A stretch of 64,000 nucleotides of DNA from NCBI RefSeq assembly GCF_009914755.1, contig NC_060933.1. One strand, 5' to 3'. The position numbers were made by a program, and so were the translations under genes. This stretch comes from the human T2T-CHM13v2.0 reference genome, Homo sapiens. The notes under the pieces are model-generated. The model did not search any database. It saw only the letters and a list, made by a program, of their open reading frames with translations, and had not been told where the DNA came from. Every line of letters starts with the position of its first letter. The first letter of the stretch is position 1. Positions 43,472-59,593 of the stretch are shown here, piece by piece.

Positions 43472-43785
43472 GGCCAGGAACAGTGGCTCACGCCTATAAT
43501 CCCAGCACTTTGGGAGACTGAGGCAGGAGGATCACCTGAGGTCAGGAGTTTGAGACCAGCCTGCCGACTTGGCAAAACCCATCTCTACTAAACATATAAA
43601 AATTAGCCAGGCGTGGTAGCATGCGCCCATAGTCCCAGCTACTTAGGAAGTTGAGGCAAGAGAATTGTTCGAACCCAGGAGGCAGAGGTTGCACTGAACT
43701 GAGATCATGCTGCTATACCCCAGACTGGGTGACAGAGCAAGTCTCTGTCTCAAAACAAAAAAAAAAGTAAAGAAAAGAAAAAAGA
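43472..43785 (+). mobile_element. AluSx-type
   Basis: Full dimer; TSD GAAATAACTTTGCT(A/G)T at 43456-43471 and 43786-43801. Confidence 0.94.
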
Positions 43786-46700
43786 GAAATAACTTTGCTG
43801 TAACAGCTAGTACGACTCCCAGGCCATCCTTTTTCTACAGAATGTATAAGAATATGTGTTGCAACAAATTCCACTCTAATATGCTCGCAGATACTTGAAT
43901 GAAATTGTTCTGCTCCCAAGACTAGAAGAATTCTCAGTTCCTCTGAAAATCTTTCTCCTTTACCTTTTTTTCCTGGGTTGGAGCCTCTTTGGTTTGGGTT
44001 GTGTTAAGCTCTACAGCCACCTTTGACAGTCTCATCATGAGTCTTGCCTTTCTGCTAAAGTGAGAGATTTCCTCCTTGTTCTCAAAGATGCTTCTAAAAA
44101 TTATGGACGATTTTAGAATAAGAAAAAATACTTTAATCTTAAAAGAGAGGGGAGAAACAATTTTTTGTGATGTGGTACCCTCAGAACATTTTTATTGGTT
44201 CAGAATGTTTAATAGTATGATTTTTTTTCTGGATTTTTTTTGGTAACTTTCTGGTGTTTCAGCTAAATGAATAGGGAACATGTAACCAGTGATTATAGGA
44301 TATCATTTGGGCGATTGCTGCTTAAAATGATGTCTTTTTACATAGCCTAACTCAAAAAGTTCAAATAAAATGAGTATGCAAGGAAGCAGGTTTATTAAAT
44401 GAAAAACCAAAATGAAAGATGGCTGTACTAATTTTAGCTTAGCAACCTGGCAGAACACCTTATGTTTGAAAAGTGTTTTGCATCTAGGTCCTAGTATATG
44501 TTCCCAGTGCTATAGATCTATCAGGGGGAAAAAAATAAAAGAGCTTGCTGTTAAATGATGTTTTCTATAAAATTGTTTATAAAATAAAGTCAAAATAACT
44601 AACATTCATGAAAGTACAGAGTGCTCAGAATAATAAGTTGTACTGAAAGTTTTCCTCACCCATCTGCAATTATTAGCAATGAAAAGCTTATTTTAGTGGA
44701 ATATTTCATATGTAACAATATCAGCATCAACTCAGAAAATACAAAAATTAAGTTCATCAAAGAAACCTTTCTGCTTCTAATTGCAAAGGGTCTTTCATTG
44801 GAAAATTGAAGAATATATGTTCAGTAATCAAGAAATGTTACACTATACAGTGAATGGTAAATAAAGGGGACTGAGTCAGGTTGAAACTTCTGAAATTATC
44901 TAAAACTTCCTAAAAGGGTATTGGTATAAAGAATCTCGTACAAATTCTTGCTTTAAATGACCGCAAAGCCTTTTTCTTACATTTCATATCTCAGAGGCCA
45001 CAAGAATACCCTGCTGTGAGAAAACCCAATATATCTAGATCTAAATTTAGAAAATAAATTAAACTAACAGCTGCTCTTCTACAGTAGAAATACACCTGGT
45101 GCATATTGAACATTAGCTGCCTCTGGTATCTTATATATACACAGACATATACACATTCACATGTTTCTAGGTAGGCTCACCTACTTTCTCCTTATTACTT
45201 ATCTTTTCCCTCCTATTGCAAATTAAATTTAAATTCCTTGAGAGTAAGGATTATATCTTATCTTTATTTATGAGTATATAACAAATATATTGAACACTAC
45301 AAAAAAATTAAAGCATCATACTAGGCACTAAGTTACTCAGGACATAATTCAAATATGTATAAAATATTATATATCACTTGCTTTCAGGGGATTTTATATT
45401 CTCATTAGGGAAGCAAATGTACACTAACAGATATATGCAAATTATTTAAGGAAGTCAATGAAATCGTTCTGGGGGAAGGGTTGTAGGGGGTGCAGGACTT
45501 GGATGAAAATAAAAATGCCCAGCTTTGATGATTCAAATTGGAACATTGGTTCCATAGAAATTTGTATCCTCCACGACACCTAAGCATAATGTTTTGAACA
45601 AGGTCCATTCTCAACAAATATTAAATTAATTCGTCTAGTCCAACCTTACCTTTTGTACAATGGAACTGAGTCCTAGAGAAGTTCAATTGCTCAATTAGTT
45701 ACTTTTACCGTCCATATCCTTTAGTTGATATTCATTAGTGACTTCTTTCTCCCATACTGCCTCAACTCGTCTCTCATCCTGTTGATTTATCATTTGCTAG
45801 AAGTGGACCTCACCTGGCTAAAATAAAGACATGAATGTTATTCCCTCTCTCACCTTCCAAGGGAATCCCCTCTACCTTTTGTCTTTGGAGGAAGGGATCA
45901 TTCGAGACAAGGAAAGGTCAAAGTGTGAGAAGTTAAAGGAGTGTTGAGCCAAAGGATGATTCACACCGTATGCTGTTGATTTCACAAATCACATCTTGAA
46001 AATTTTCTCAGGAAATTAAACTGACCATCTGCATTTCTTGTAAACCTAAAAAGTCCGTCTATATAAATCTTACATAATTCAGATGAATCAACCACTCTAT
46101 GTCTTTGTTTCACCTTTCATTATAATCTCTCTTACCTACATGTTTCCAGCGTTGGAAAATTGTAGGGAAATGACCAGAATATTTGGGATACAGTGACTGT
46201 GAGAAGTTAATATGTGGGACAGTCGAGAAGGGTTCTGGAGTTTTAAACAAGCCAGCTCTGAGTTGAAGTACTCACTGGGGCGAGGGGTGCTTCATATTTT
46301 TAGAACTGAGCACTGTTAAGGGAGGCCACATAGGAAGGATAGACATAAACATTTCTTAATATTGGGGTTAGCATCTTAGTACTGATATCCTGTAAACTAG
46401 TCTTATCATCTGTGTATTTTTTTAAATTAAAAACACATTTTAGTATAAAATGTCTCATTAAAAATTTTCCCGAGGGCCACATTCAACTCTATGAGATGCT
46501 GCAGTGGGCAGGGAGCACAAGTGTATTTGCTTATTGAGGTAAAATTGCAGAGGGCATACCAAGCTTTTCCTTTTAAGAGAGTTTTATTTATTTCAATTAG
46601 AACTTAGAAAGTACTTGCACAGAGAGAAATACAAGCATATGTGCCCTGATTCCACACAGTTACAAGGGTAAAGAAGCAGGTATTCCACACACCCTTCCTT

Positions 46701-49700
46701 TCATATACTCTTAGAGTTTTTTTGTGTATTGGAGTGTTGTATGTTGGGCTTAAAATTTTGCTGAAATTTCTGGTATGAATGCTTGGGGTATACAGCCTGA
46801 AGAGGGTGAAGAGAATTAAAAGAAAACAAGGGAGGAGAGCTGAAAAGGTTTATAAGGTAAAAACAATGCACATTTCGACTTGAGGCCTAGCGGACAGAGA
46901 AGGGATGTACTGTCCTGAACTATTCCCTATAGTGAAATAATTGTAACCAGACCCAAAGAGCAGTTACCACGGGCCTTCTGCCAGGACTGTGCATGAAAAT
47001 AGCTTTGTTATGTCTACATATACACAGACAATACACTCTGTCCTCTAGTCCTTCTCAAGTTCAAATTATGTAGAAGCCAACTTTTCCTGGACTCAACTTT
47101 GTACCTTAACTAATGGTTTCAAAAACTACAGCTTCCAGAGATGTCTATTATAACTGGAAAAGCCCTGGTCAACAGGCTCATTCACCTTGGATTATCTTGA
47201 AATGTAGCCAGTGTGTTCCAACTCCTTCCCTATGTGAGAAAACTAAGAAACATGTTGGATAGTTGAGTTGCTCAGAAACTGAACTGAAGACAGAAAAGTT
47301 CTTAGGAGACTGTTACCTGCCTCTTTTTCCTTAGCTGTATTTTGAAAAATGTTATTAGTCACTAAAAACATTTTATTCTTATTACTATAATAATAAAGAT
47401 TGCTTTTTCCAAAGAATAGTTGTCAGTCCTGTTGCAATCACCAGACCTTTTCCTTGTATAGCTGATCAAGTATCATTTTCAAGTGTCAAATGTTGGAAAT
47501 GTCTCATGTTATAAATATCCAGTTTGTGCTGGAGCAAGGCAAGTAAACCATTTGGGAAGCCAGTGTAGTAGTGCAGGAGAGATTAGGGTAGCCTGGTCAA
47601 GGTGATGGGAATGGGGACAGAGAGAAGTGGGTAGATTTGATGTATATTTTGTAGGTATAGCCAACAGGTAATGAATTACATATGTGCCTTTGGGAAAAGC
47701 AAAAAAATCAAGATCTAGTTTCTTTGCTAAACTCAGGTAAATTGTGATATCATCTATGGAAATAGATACCCTTTATTCTCCCCATGGGATTCTGGAGATT
47801 AGAAGCTGCATAAAAATCCAGTTGTACAAGAAAGTCTCTGGGCCTACAGATTTTGCACCAAGACCTGTAGCAAATTTCTCTGGCAATTATTGACTGTCCT
47901 TGGGTACACCAGCCTCCCCATCAGCTAATTAATCTGCAAAAAGTGCCTACCCGGAGATCATGATTGCTATAAGTGACTGAGACAGTTCCCATTTTAAAAA
48001 AGTAAAAGAAAACAGAGAATATTATTTACATTATAAATTGCTCATCTGCTTCTGTGTCTTTTAATTTAAACAGAGTGTTAGCAAATTAACCTTTATGCAG
48101 TTACCCGATAAGATTGCTTAGAAACTCCACTGATGTATATTAGTGAGTTTACAAGAAATATGTGAGATTTAGTATTAAATTTAGTCTCTTGAGGGTTTGT
48201 GGATTTTACTCAATGCCAGGGAATTTTTGTTCTGATAGTGCCTATGGTAACACCCCAAATACCATCAAATATGATTTTTCTTGCTAAGAAAAAGAGAAGA
48301 TGACTTTTTTAGGGTCCATTAGTTTCACATCATAGCCTGCTACTTAATCACTTTAGTCAAAGCGTATTAAAAGACTCATTGCATAATATATCATTGGATG
48401 GCTTCATCAAATATTGCTGTTTTTGTATTTGAAAATTCTCAGATTATATTCCTCTACTCTATATTTAAACATAGTTCAAACTTAATCTGTTTATGTGCCA
48501 AGTTTTCTTGGGCTGAGTTTTGAATTGATCTAGCCTATGGCTACATTGTCTTGCCCTATAATTTTTTACTTCCAGGACATTTTTGTCACATAAAAGTTAA
48601 AATTGTTTGGTGTCATTTGTTCAGAAGAGCCTAATTGTTCCTAGTGACACTGGAATCTAGTTTTTGTATTAACTGATACCAACATTCTTTTTTTCCTCTG
48701 TTTAAAAATTTATAATCATAATGCATTTTGCCATCAATAGGAGAGAAAAGTAAATAAGGAAAATAAAAATGACAGATTGAAAGCATGTCATTTTACTAAC
48801 ATGTAAGATTTTATTCATCCTGACATCAACAAGATGATTATGACATCTGATGTGTTGAAAGCTCCAAGCAGCACATTCATAGTGAAATAAACTGTAATAC
48901 CTGGAATAGAACATGTAACACAAAAAGAAAGACATTGGATGTTTATAAGATTGCATTATTTCTTACCATCTTAGATTAAGTTTTCATTTCTCTATTCATA
49001 ATTCTGAACCTTATTGAGTAAGCACCATATGTGTGACTAAGATGAAGTAAAAGTTTATGTTGTTTGCATATCACAGAAAACGCAATAAGTCTGTGACACC
49101 TGGTAGTATCATCCCTACCAGTAAAGACTGTAGTACATCAGACAGTGACATCCTGTCTGTGACCCAAAAGATTCTACTTGCCATTGTTCCCCCTTGAGTG
49201 TGGAGATGCTGCATAGTGCAAAAAGATAAAATTAAGAGATAAAATGGTGGAAAAAAACGGCAGTCAGCCTTCAATGAATGCTTTATGCCAAATACTGAGC
49301 TGAGTGTTTATATTGGTAATCTCATTTTATCCTCAAAGCAGTGCTCTAAGGTAGGCATTATCACCATATTTCCTATGTGGAAAATGAGGGTTAGGAATTC
49401 ACACAGGTGATAGGTGTGGAAGGTGAATACAAGGTAATGTGACACCAGAACCCACCATTCTACCATATCACCTTTCTTTGTTAAGTACTGTAACGGGACA
49501 TGGTTAATTACAAATGGGCACTATAAACCGTAAAGGGAATGAATGAGTAAATGGAGAGAAGGAACTTTCCCTACAGTTATTCAAAAGTATGGATAGGTAT
49601 CTATTCAGGTATCTGTAGTTAGTGAGATATCGCGCCAACAAGTTTAAACTCTAAATCTTGATTGATTCATTCAGGAAATATTTATTGAGTCATGCTTGTT

Positions 49701-52274
49701 ACCATAATTTCCTTATTTTGAAACAAACTTTTTTTTTCACATTTCTGAACCTGTAATACATCTTACAAGTCATAGTTGCAATGTTTAGCTAGTTTGGTAT
49801 GTGCCTGGCACCGTGCTAAGAACTAGAATACATCTATGAACAAAACATGCATGGTCCTTGCCAGAGCTGCCAGGAACAGTCAAGTAAGCTGAGCACAAAT
49901 GTGTGTGAGGCCTTGAACTTGGCTCCAATAGAGCCTACATTTCAGTCAAGGGAGGCAGAGATTAAAGATAATTACATCTGGCATGAAGGAAAAAATAAAA
50001 CAAAGCATTATATTGTGCTAGAGGGATTGATGGTAGGGTAAGAGTAGGAAAGGATGAATAATGGCAAATAGGGAAAAGAAGTGGCAAGGCCATCAAGGAG
50101 ATGACAGCATTTTTGCTGCAACTGGAGTCATAAAAGTGATTCAACTTACACTTGGTTTTTGTGAGTTTTTACTGAGTTATTGCTTTCTGGCAACGTTAAG
50201 CACATCTTACCTTTTTCGTCTAATAGAGCTTGCAATCACAACCAAGCCTTAATAGAAGGCCAAATGATAAAGAGGAATACCTGAATGATCCATAATTTTT
50301 ACATTCCTATAACAAATTTAGAAACCTGCCTGTATATGATTGAAAACAGGTTGAAAACTGGCATCACTTCACAGATTAAACTTGTTCATCTAGTCAGCAA
50401 GAATGCAGTTATGTAGTCTTCAGTGAGCACTCGAATTTATTTGAAAAACTTGGTACACAACCAGGGAATGTTGGTACGAAGGAAGAGAATTCTAGTGAGA
50501 TTTAAAATAGGGAGGTGAGGTCTCTCAAGGGCTCTCAGCAGAGTCTGCTTGTCATTTAGCTATTGGAAACCTTTGCGAACAACTTGGAAGAATGTCGTAG
50601 CGAGCTTCCTGGAGAGAGTATGATACAGGAGTGATCGTATTAGTCATGCTGAATTTTTATTCATTGCTCTGAATTTAGGTGCCATTGGAATTGACATCTG
50701 ATAGCCTCATTTTCCATAGCAGATGTATTCAATTCTATAATTTTCATTGTGCTAAAATTCTCAAGCATTTGGGATCCCATACCTGGAATATAAAGCAATT
50801 GTTATCAGTTTGTCTGAGGAATCGTAACATTGGAAGGTTGCCCAGAAACCATCTGGCCTGTAGAGATGCTATTCAGTGAGAGTGTTCAGGGGTCACCAGG
50901 CAAAGGTGAATAACAATGGCAATGTAGGTTATTTTTAAAACAAAGGTATATTTTTTAATTTTAAAAAATAATTTTAAAGTGACTCATTCTGATTATATAT
51001 ACTGTTTTTGCATGACATTTTCTTACTTGTATGAAATGATGCTATCCTTACTTAGCAATGAAAGTGATGAATCTCACTTTGATTCCCAAGTTGAAAAACA
51101 ATATTCCAGTCTTTGAAATCCAAAAGATTGAGAGCCTTTTTCATCACAGTGGTGCTTGCAAGCATTCTACTGATTTCATTTGCCACTAGTATCTTAGAAG
51201 CAAATAAGTATTTATTTAATACTGACAGATACCAGGAAGAGCAATCCCATGACCATTATAATCTATTATTAGCAATAGAACCATTTTTAAAATGTAGGTG
51301 TTTATTTATATGATGTATTATTTTGATAATATCTTCAAATTAATTAATATAAATTTAAATTATATTATCATCAAAATAACACATTTTACAAAACATATAT
51401 ATAAATCATGCAGACATGTAAATCAAATGTCTCCCTACACAGCCAACTTTAAGCATGTTTTAAGCTTTTAGTATAACTCCTAATGCTATGATGCTAGTTC
51501 CAAATATTCTTAATATATGCATGTTTACTATAAAAAATATTGCATACTTTGTCTTTAATCTGCATTTTGCTTTCCTTTCAGATCATGTTGTTCATTTTGT
51601 TGTTCCCCTCCCATTTGTTTTTTTAAACCAACCTTTTTTTTAACCAAATAATGTTTTTTCTAACCTGCAATCAAGCAAGATTAGATTAAAGAAGGTTTCA
51701 AGTTTTTGTGGGTGCTGTCTCCATTCAGTTGTTGGAAATTAGGTGCTGAGACATTTTTGAATTGTGAGGACTAGTATTCAAATTGAATTTCAAAAGTGTG
51801 TTTCAAAGTCACTCGAAAAGATAATCTTTGAATCCTCTACTAATCACCTAATACTCTTTCATGTTCATATTTGTCTTACCTGCATATACTCAACATATTA
51901 CCTTCTGGCCATAGTTACAGCAAATGTTTTTTAATTTTTCATTTGCTTTTAGGTATTGTTTATATTGTTTTGAAATAGGGAATTTTTAAATTTATTTTAA
52001 AAGTATTATTTAGTCAAATATATGTGTCCTTTATGAAATCTTCAATTATATAGGCATACCTGATCTTTTTGTACCTCCTAGAGAATTTTACATATGCTGA
52101 TGAAGCTATGTATGTTTTACCCTAAATGAGTCCAGATTTACATGTGGCAAGGAATTTCCTGTACCTTAGGGGAATTCATGGACCCCAGATTAAAAAGCCT
52201 CAGGCTAGGAAGCTCTTTCCTATGTCAACATTTATTAATTAATGACTGACATTTTCATGTAGTGTTTTCTTTAT

Positions 52275-52699
52275 TCTTTTTTGAGTTTTTAATTTTTAAT
52301 ATTTTTGCATGTACATAGTATGTGTATATATTTATGGGGTCCATGAGGTGCTTTGATACAGGCATGAAATGTGTAATGATCACATCATGGAGAATGGGAT
52401 ATCCATGACACAAGCATTTATCCTTTAAGTTACAAATAATCCAATCACTCTTTTAGTTATTTTTAAACGTACAATTAAGTTATTATTGACTATAGTCACC
52501 CTGCTGTGCCATCATTTAGTAGGTCTTATTCATTCTTTCTAACTATTATTTTTGACCTCTCCTAACCATTTCTACCTCCCCCCAGCACTTCCCATCACCA
52601 CCCTTCCCAGCCTCTGGTAACCTTTCTTCTACTTTCTATATTCATAAATTCACTGGTTTTGATTTTTAGATACCATAAATCAGTGACAATATGCGATGC
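52275..52699 (-). mobile_element. L1MA-type 3' UTR fragment
   Basis: gtacatagta...tttatgggg...tttgatacaggcatg...attgactatagtcaccctg...cccttcccagcctctggtaacc. Confidence 0.85.
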
Positions 52700-54435
52700 T
52701 GTTTTCTTGTTTTATTTTTCATCATTAAAGTTGAACCAACTAGAGTTTATTTTGTTGTCCAGTATGAGGATGTAAATTGAGTTTTTATAGGGATCCTATT
52801 TGCCCAATGTCATTTGTTAAGTAATCTATCTCCTCCAAAAGCAGTTTGTTTTGTATTCTTTTAAGTTGTTGCATTTATGAGGATCTCCTTTAGCATTTTC
52901 TGTTTTATCTTCTACCAAATCTTTAAACATTACAGAATCACTTCATATTTTAAACATTTTCTTAAGCATTCTTATTTGTTCATATTCCCAGATAAAATTT
53001 AGAACCAGTCTTTTGTGTTCCAAAAACAATCCCAGTGGCAATTTATAACAATTGTGTAAATCTTGGCTTCTTTACAAGTTTTCCCAATCAAAAAAATCTT
53101 TCTACATTGTTTAGATCTTCTTTTTATTGGCATATTAATGTATCAGACTTGTCCTTAGTTTCATAGTTTTTCAGACTTATTTTTTGGAGTAGCAAGTATT
53201 TGTTTGTTTTGCTATTACCATTATGTCTTTAACTGATTATTGCTTATCTATAACAGAGCCATTATTTTTATATGTTTTTCTTATCTCTAGGTCCTTTAAC
53301 TCACATTATATTATAGCTGATTTTCTTGTTTTTTTTTCCAGAATATATTCATAGCATCTGATGATAGTAATACTTGTCTCTTTTTAATAATTTTTCATAT
53401 TCTTATTGGATAGTGGTACAGATTAGTCATTATAAGTTCAGATTTTGGAGTCAAGCTAACTTCTGTTCCAATCCTGCCTCTACTATTATTTCCTGGATAG
53501 CCTTGAGCAAGTGGAAGTCGTATTTCTTAACCTTGTTTAATTGGAGTTTTTTCATCTGAAATTTGGGTCAGTAACTCGGAATCCCAGGATTGTTGCTAGG
53601 ATTAAGTGAACTTAGGTATATGGAAAGTACTAAAATAAGGAAGCTGATATCATCACAGTATTATTTCTATTACATTAACCCTTCAAAAAATGTTAAATAT
53701 TATGAGATAGTAAGGGTTCACACTTAGATCCTGATTTTCTATTGATTTCTTTTTTCTTTTTTACCTTCTGTTTCACTTTTTGTCAATGTTTGTGTTTCTT
53801 TTAGATGTTCTTCATAATGCGTATGCAGCGTTTTTTGTTTTGTATTATCATTAGGAATGAGATTTGGGTGTTTCCGTATCTGTTTAGATGAATATATAGT
53901 TTCTCATACTAGATTTGTTGATATGATTTATTAGAATAATACATTGTTAATATTATTCCCTGCTTATATTTATGAATCAGATTTAGTTATTTAATATGCT
54001 ATTGGTTTCATTTTAGCGTGTTTTATGTCTTTGAGTTTATTTTTCTGAGATTTTCTTTTACTACCTAATGTGTGTGTATATATGTGTGTTCTATGCTATT
54101 ATTACAGCAGCTAGCTAACATTAGTTGTGTACCTACAGCAGATAAATAGCATTTTCTAAAGTATACTTTTGGTATATTTCATGTAATTCTCATCTATAAG
54201 GTAACATGGGTAGTAAACGGAGAGTCAAGCTTTTAACCCACGTTGGTTTGACCTTGAAACTGGCCTGTCTCTGCAAGTTTTTGGTATCAGATGATGTTAA
54301 ATTCACAAAATAAATTATGGAATTTTGCAATTTGTATTTTCTCTCCAGAGACCCTTGGGATCAGAGTTCTCGCATGTTTGAAGGAAACCATCTGGCCTCA
54401 AAGCCATTTTTAGAAGAAATCCCAGTATTTTCTAA

Positions 54436-54766
<331 letters not shown>

Positions 54767-55425
54767 TTGGTTTTTATGACTGCCTTAATATTTAGAATTT
54801 ATTAGTGTTTTCTTCTTATTTTCTTGGTTAAATTTTTTATTACTGTTTTTCAAAGGTCCAGTTTTGAGATTTATCAGTAATTTTTTTTCTGTTTTTCTTT
54901 CTTTCTTTTTAAAATTTCTTTCCTGTTTTCCTCTTCATTCTTTTATGACTCTTATTGGCTGAATCATGGTTCATTTATCTTTCCTTTTATATTAATAAAA
55001 CTTTTTAAAGATGTGAATTTATCTCTGAACACACTTTTGATAGACTGTTATTTTCTAATGATATTTTCACTTGCTGTTTGATAGAATGACAATTGAGTAA
55101 AGTACTGTTAAGTGTTAAACAAACTTTGTCGCTATTGAGATTTATTATTGACCTTTTTTTCACTACATTGTGTCCAGATAATAGGGTTAGATTATCAGCA
55201 ACACTGGTGTTTGGTGACGTATTGTTTTTGCTTAGGGCAATTGTTGAAATTTCCTTTTGGCCCAATGTAGCTTCAACTTTTCATTACAAACTCTTAAGTT
55301 GATCTGTGAAGTCTTAAAAAAAAATGACTCTTTGTAGGACATATATTTCAATATTATTAAATTTTAACTATAATGTAAACGAATCCTATGTTTTTCTCCT
55401 GACATAAATGGACTAAATTATCTGA

Positions 55426-55824
<399 letters not shown>

Positions 55825-56749
55825 TGATGCACAAATGTCATGCTGTTACATCTTTATTTTAGATAGCACTTTGTCAACAAATTCAACTTTTTGTCCTTTT
55901 AAGTGTTTTTGAATCTAAAACGTTATATTGTTTGCAATGAATCCTCCCATTCATGAATCTTTGTATATGTTTTGTGCAGGGGAAAAAATCTATGTCTATT
56001 ATTTAATTTTTAGTTTTCATATTTTATAGATAGTTGTAAATAAAGCCATATTTTAAAATAAATGTGTTTTGTAATAGAAGAGTTATCACCTTTGACTCCT
56101 TGCTATATAAACATGGCTTACATTTACTTTAATGCCCTCATCTACTTATTTCCCTATCTTTAATACCATAATTTGGATTTCTGCAACAGACCATTTTTGT
56201 TAATTATTTTTTATTATTTTTTATCCCCAGAAGAATTCTTTTAAAACAATTATTAAGTCTTAATTCTGTTCAATTTATTTTGGAGTCATCATTAGGTCTT
56301 TTCTAATAACAACTACATATTTTACAGTTTTAAATTTTGAGTTATTCATAAATCAAAATAAAACTTTAAATTGTTTATTTTATTTTGACCTTCAGAGTCT
56401 GTATTTGTTGATGGTCAGTTTTCTCAATCCTGCAAATATATCTTCTGTATTCACTCATGAAGGACGACAAGTCTAGTGTAAAATTCTCAGGTTTATTTCT
56501 TTTAAATCAGTTCAACTGTTTTATTATCTTCTAAAATTAGCTTTGCAGAGAAAGTCTTTAACTAGAAGTCCTGTTTTGCTTAGTTTTAGGATTTTTTTTT
56601 CATTTGTATTGTAATGAAAACGTATATATTTTAGGACAAGTCTAGGGGATGCAACTCTTTTCATTAATATGTCCTGGAAAACATTAAGTATTTTTAGTCC
56701 ACCTTGAACATTTTTAATCAGATGTGACTTTGATTAGTGGCGAAGATCA

Positions 56750-57000
56750 CCACAGAGCTTCAGAGCCTGGGCCCTGAAGTATATGAGAAACCTGCCTTCA
56801 AATTCCTGTTCTGCTTCTTACTAGTTACACGGCTTTGAGAAAGGAAGTGAACCTTTCTAAGCCTTAGTTTCCACACCTGTAAAAGGGGAATAATAATGCT
56901 GTTTATTTCATGGGGTTGTGTGTTCATTAAGTGAAGTTATATACATAAAGCACCCAGTAAAGCATCTGGTAAATAGGAAAGACTCAGTAATTTTTAGTCC
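56750..57000 (+). mobile_element. MIR relic
   Basis: ttcaaattcctgttctgc...aagccttagtttccacacctgtaaaaggggaataata. Confidence 0.7.
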
Positions 57001-57107
57001 TCAGAGCAAGGTAAAGCTAATATTCTGAAGCCAGGTTTGTTTCCTGTCCTCCAAATCCATCGGCTTGTCTTCCTTGTCATCTCTTTCCTTAAAAATATGC
57101 AAGAAGT

Positions 57108-57411
<304 letters not shown>

Positions 57412-58039
57412 ATGCAAGAAGTCGTCACATTTGTATTCCACATCAACTCAGCTTTCTATGATATCGATTCCACCTATCCATGTCAATTTACTCTTTCCTG
57501 TGCATCCTTTGCTTTTGCTAATACCACTTCATACTCCTCATAATCTTCCTTACTCTCACTCAGTTTGCTTTATTGCTTGGTTGATTCCTTTTCCCTGCAC
57601 TGTGTTTTCCATAAGCTCCATATTATTGTTATTCTTCTAGTCTGGACTCTTCTCTTTTTTCTCACCACCACTTTTTCCTTTCCCTATACTCTCCTCTTAC
57701 ATTTCTTTTTCCTTTCTTTGTTCCCATTCTTTCCTTTGTTTAAAAAAATTATTCATTCTCAATTTAAAAAAAAAACTGGCTACAGAAAGGCTGTGGCTAT
57801 GTCCTTGCTCTGCTTAGCCTCCAAGCACAGACTTACTCAAATCTGCCATTGAAGGATGGGATGAGGGATAAACCTCCCTGTCCGATTCTGAGATTCTAGC
57901 AGAGATCCCTCTGAAGTGAGAAGATCATTTCCTCCCCCTTCTGACAAAACTAGAGGCTGAACGTCCAGTCCCTACAAACACCATTAACCTGACTCTTTCC
58001 ATCACGCACCCCTCCAGTCCAAGACATTGCAGGTGGCGA

Positions 58040-58280
58040 GGGTCAGAGCTGAGGCTCTAGAATCAGGCTGCCTGGGCCATTCTCAACTGTGGCTAATTGT
58101 ATGACTTTGAGGAAGATCGTTAAACTTTCCCTGCTTTGATGTTCTTATTTTGGAAATGAAAGTAATAACAGTATTTGTCTCACAGGACTGTCATGAAGAA
58201 TAGATGAAATAATGAATATAGAATACTTTTGATAGTATGTATGCCTGGCACACAGTAAGCCTTCAATACATGCCATCTAC
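58040..58280 (+). mobile_element. MIR relic
   Basis: ggctctagaatcaggctgcctggg...tgcctggcacacagtaagccttcaata. Confidence 0.7.
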
Positions 58281-58810
58281 TACTCTGTACTTTTGGAGGT
58301 ACATCTTTTAGGAAATTTCTTCTGTAGTAAGAAAGAGGGTTGTACAAGAAAAAAATCCACAAGTTAGCAGTCAAGATGTTGACTCAAGGCTACCAAGCTC
58401 AAGCTACCAAGTCCAAAGAAGCTCAAGGCTTCCAAGGCCAAGGTCTATGTGGGGTTTTTTGTTGTTCTTTTCCGAATGGTTGCTGCAGCTCCAATCATCA
58501 TATCCACATTCCAAATAAAAGGAGAAAGGACAAAATGATGCAGGACTAGCAATCTTTATAGCAGGAAAGCAAAGTTTTCTCAGAAATGCCCAGTAGACTT
58601 TATTAGTCAGAACTCTGTCTCCTGTGTACCCCTCATTATCAGGGATTCTGGAAAGATAGCATTTTGGCATCCCAAGATATATAATAGAGGGAGACAATGA
58701 AAAAGAAAGTTAAAAATTATTTTCCTCATAGTCACATTAGCTCATAAGTTTTTTTGAAATACATCAAAATTTTTGTAATAGATTTCTGTTAGTCTTTGTT
58801 GATTTTTTCC

Positions 58811-58848
58811 TGCGTGTGTGTGTATGTGTGTGTGTGTGTGTGTGGTGT
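58811..58848. repeat. Imperfect (TG)n microsatellite
   Basis: Read directly from the sequence. Confidence 0.93.
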
Positions 58849-58951
58849 AATTTTTAAAGTATTTTTTGTTCCTATCGATGATGTCTAACAATTAGAAAGA
58901 CTGCCAGGAATTGATACACTAAACCAGGAGTTTCTAAAATAGGCATAATAA

Positions 58952-59593
<642 letters not shown>

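Noticed and set aside
51313-51384. Imperfect AT-rich inverted repeat as a MITE or pre-miRNA
   Set aside because: About 20-bp arms with an indel and a mismatch in very AT-rich DNA; plausible by chance and no TSD.
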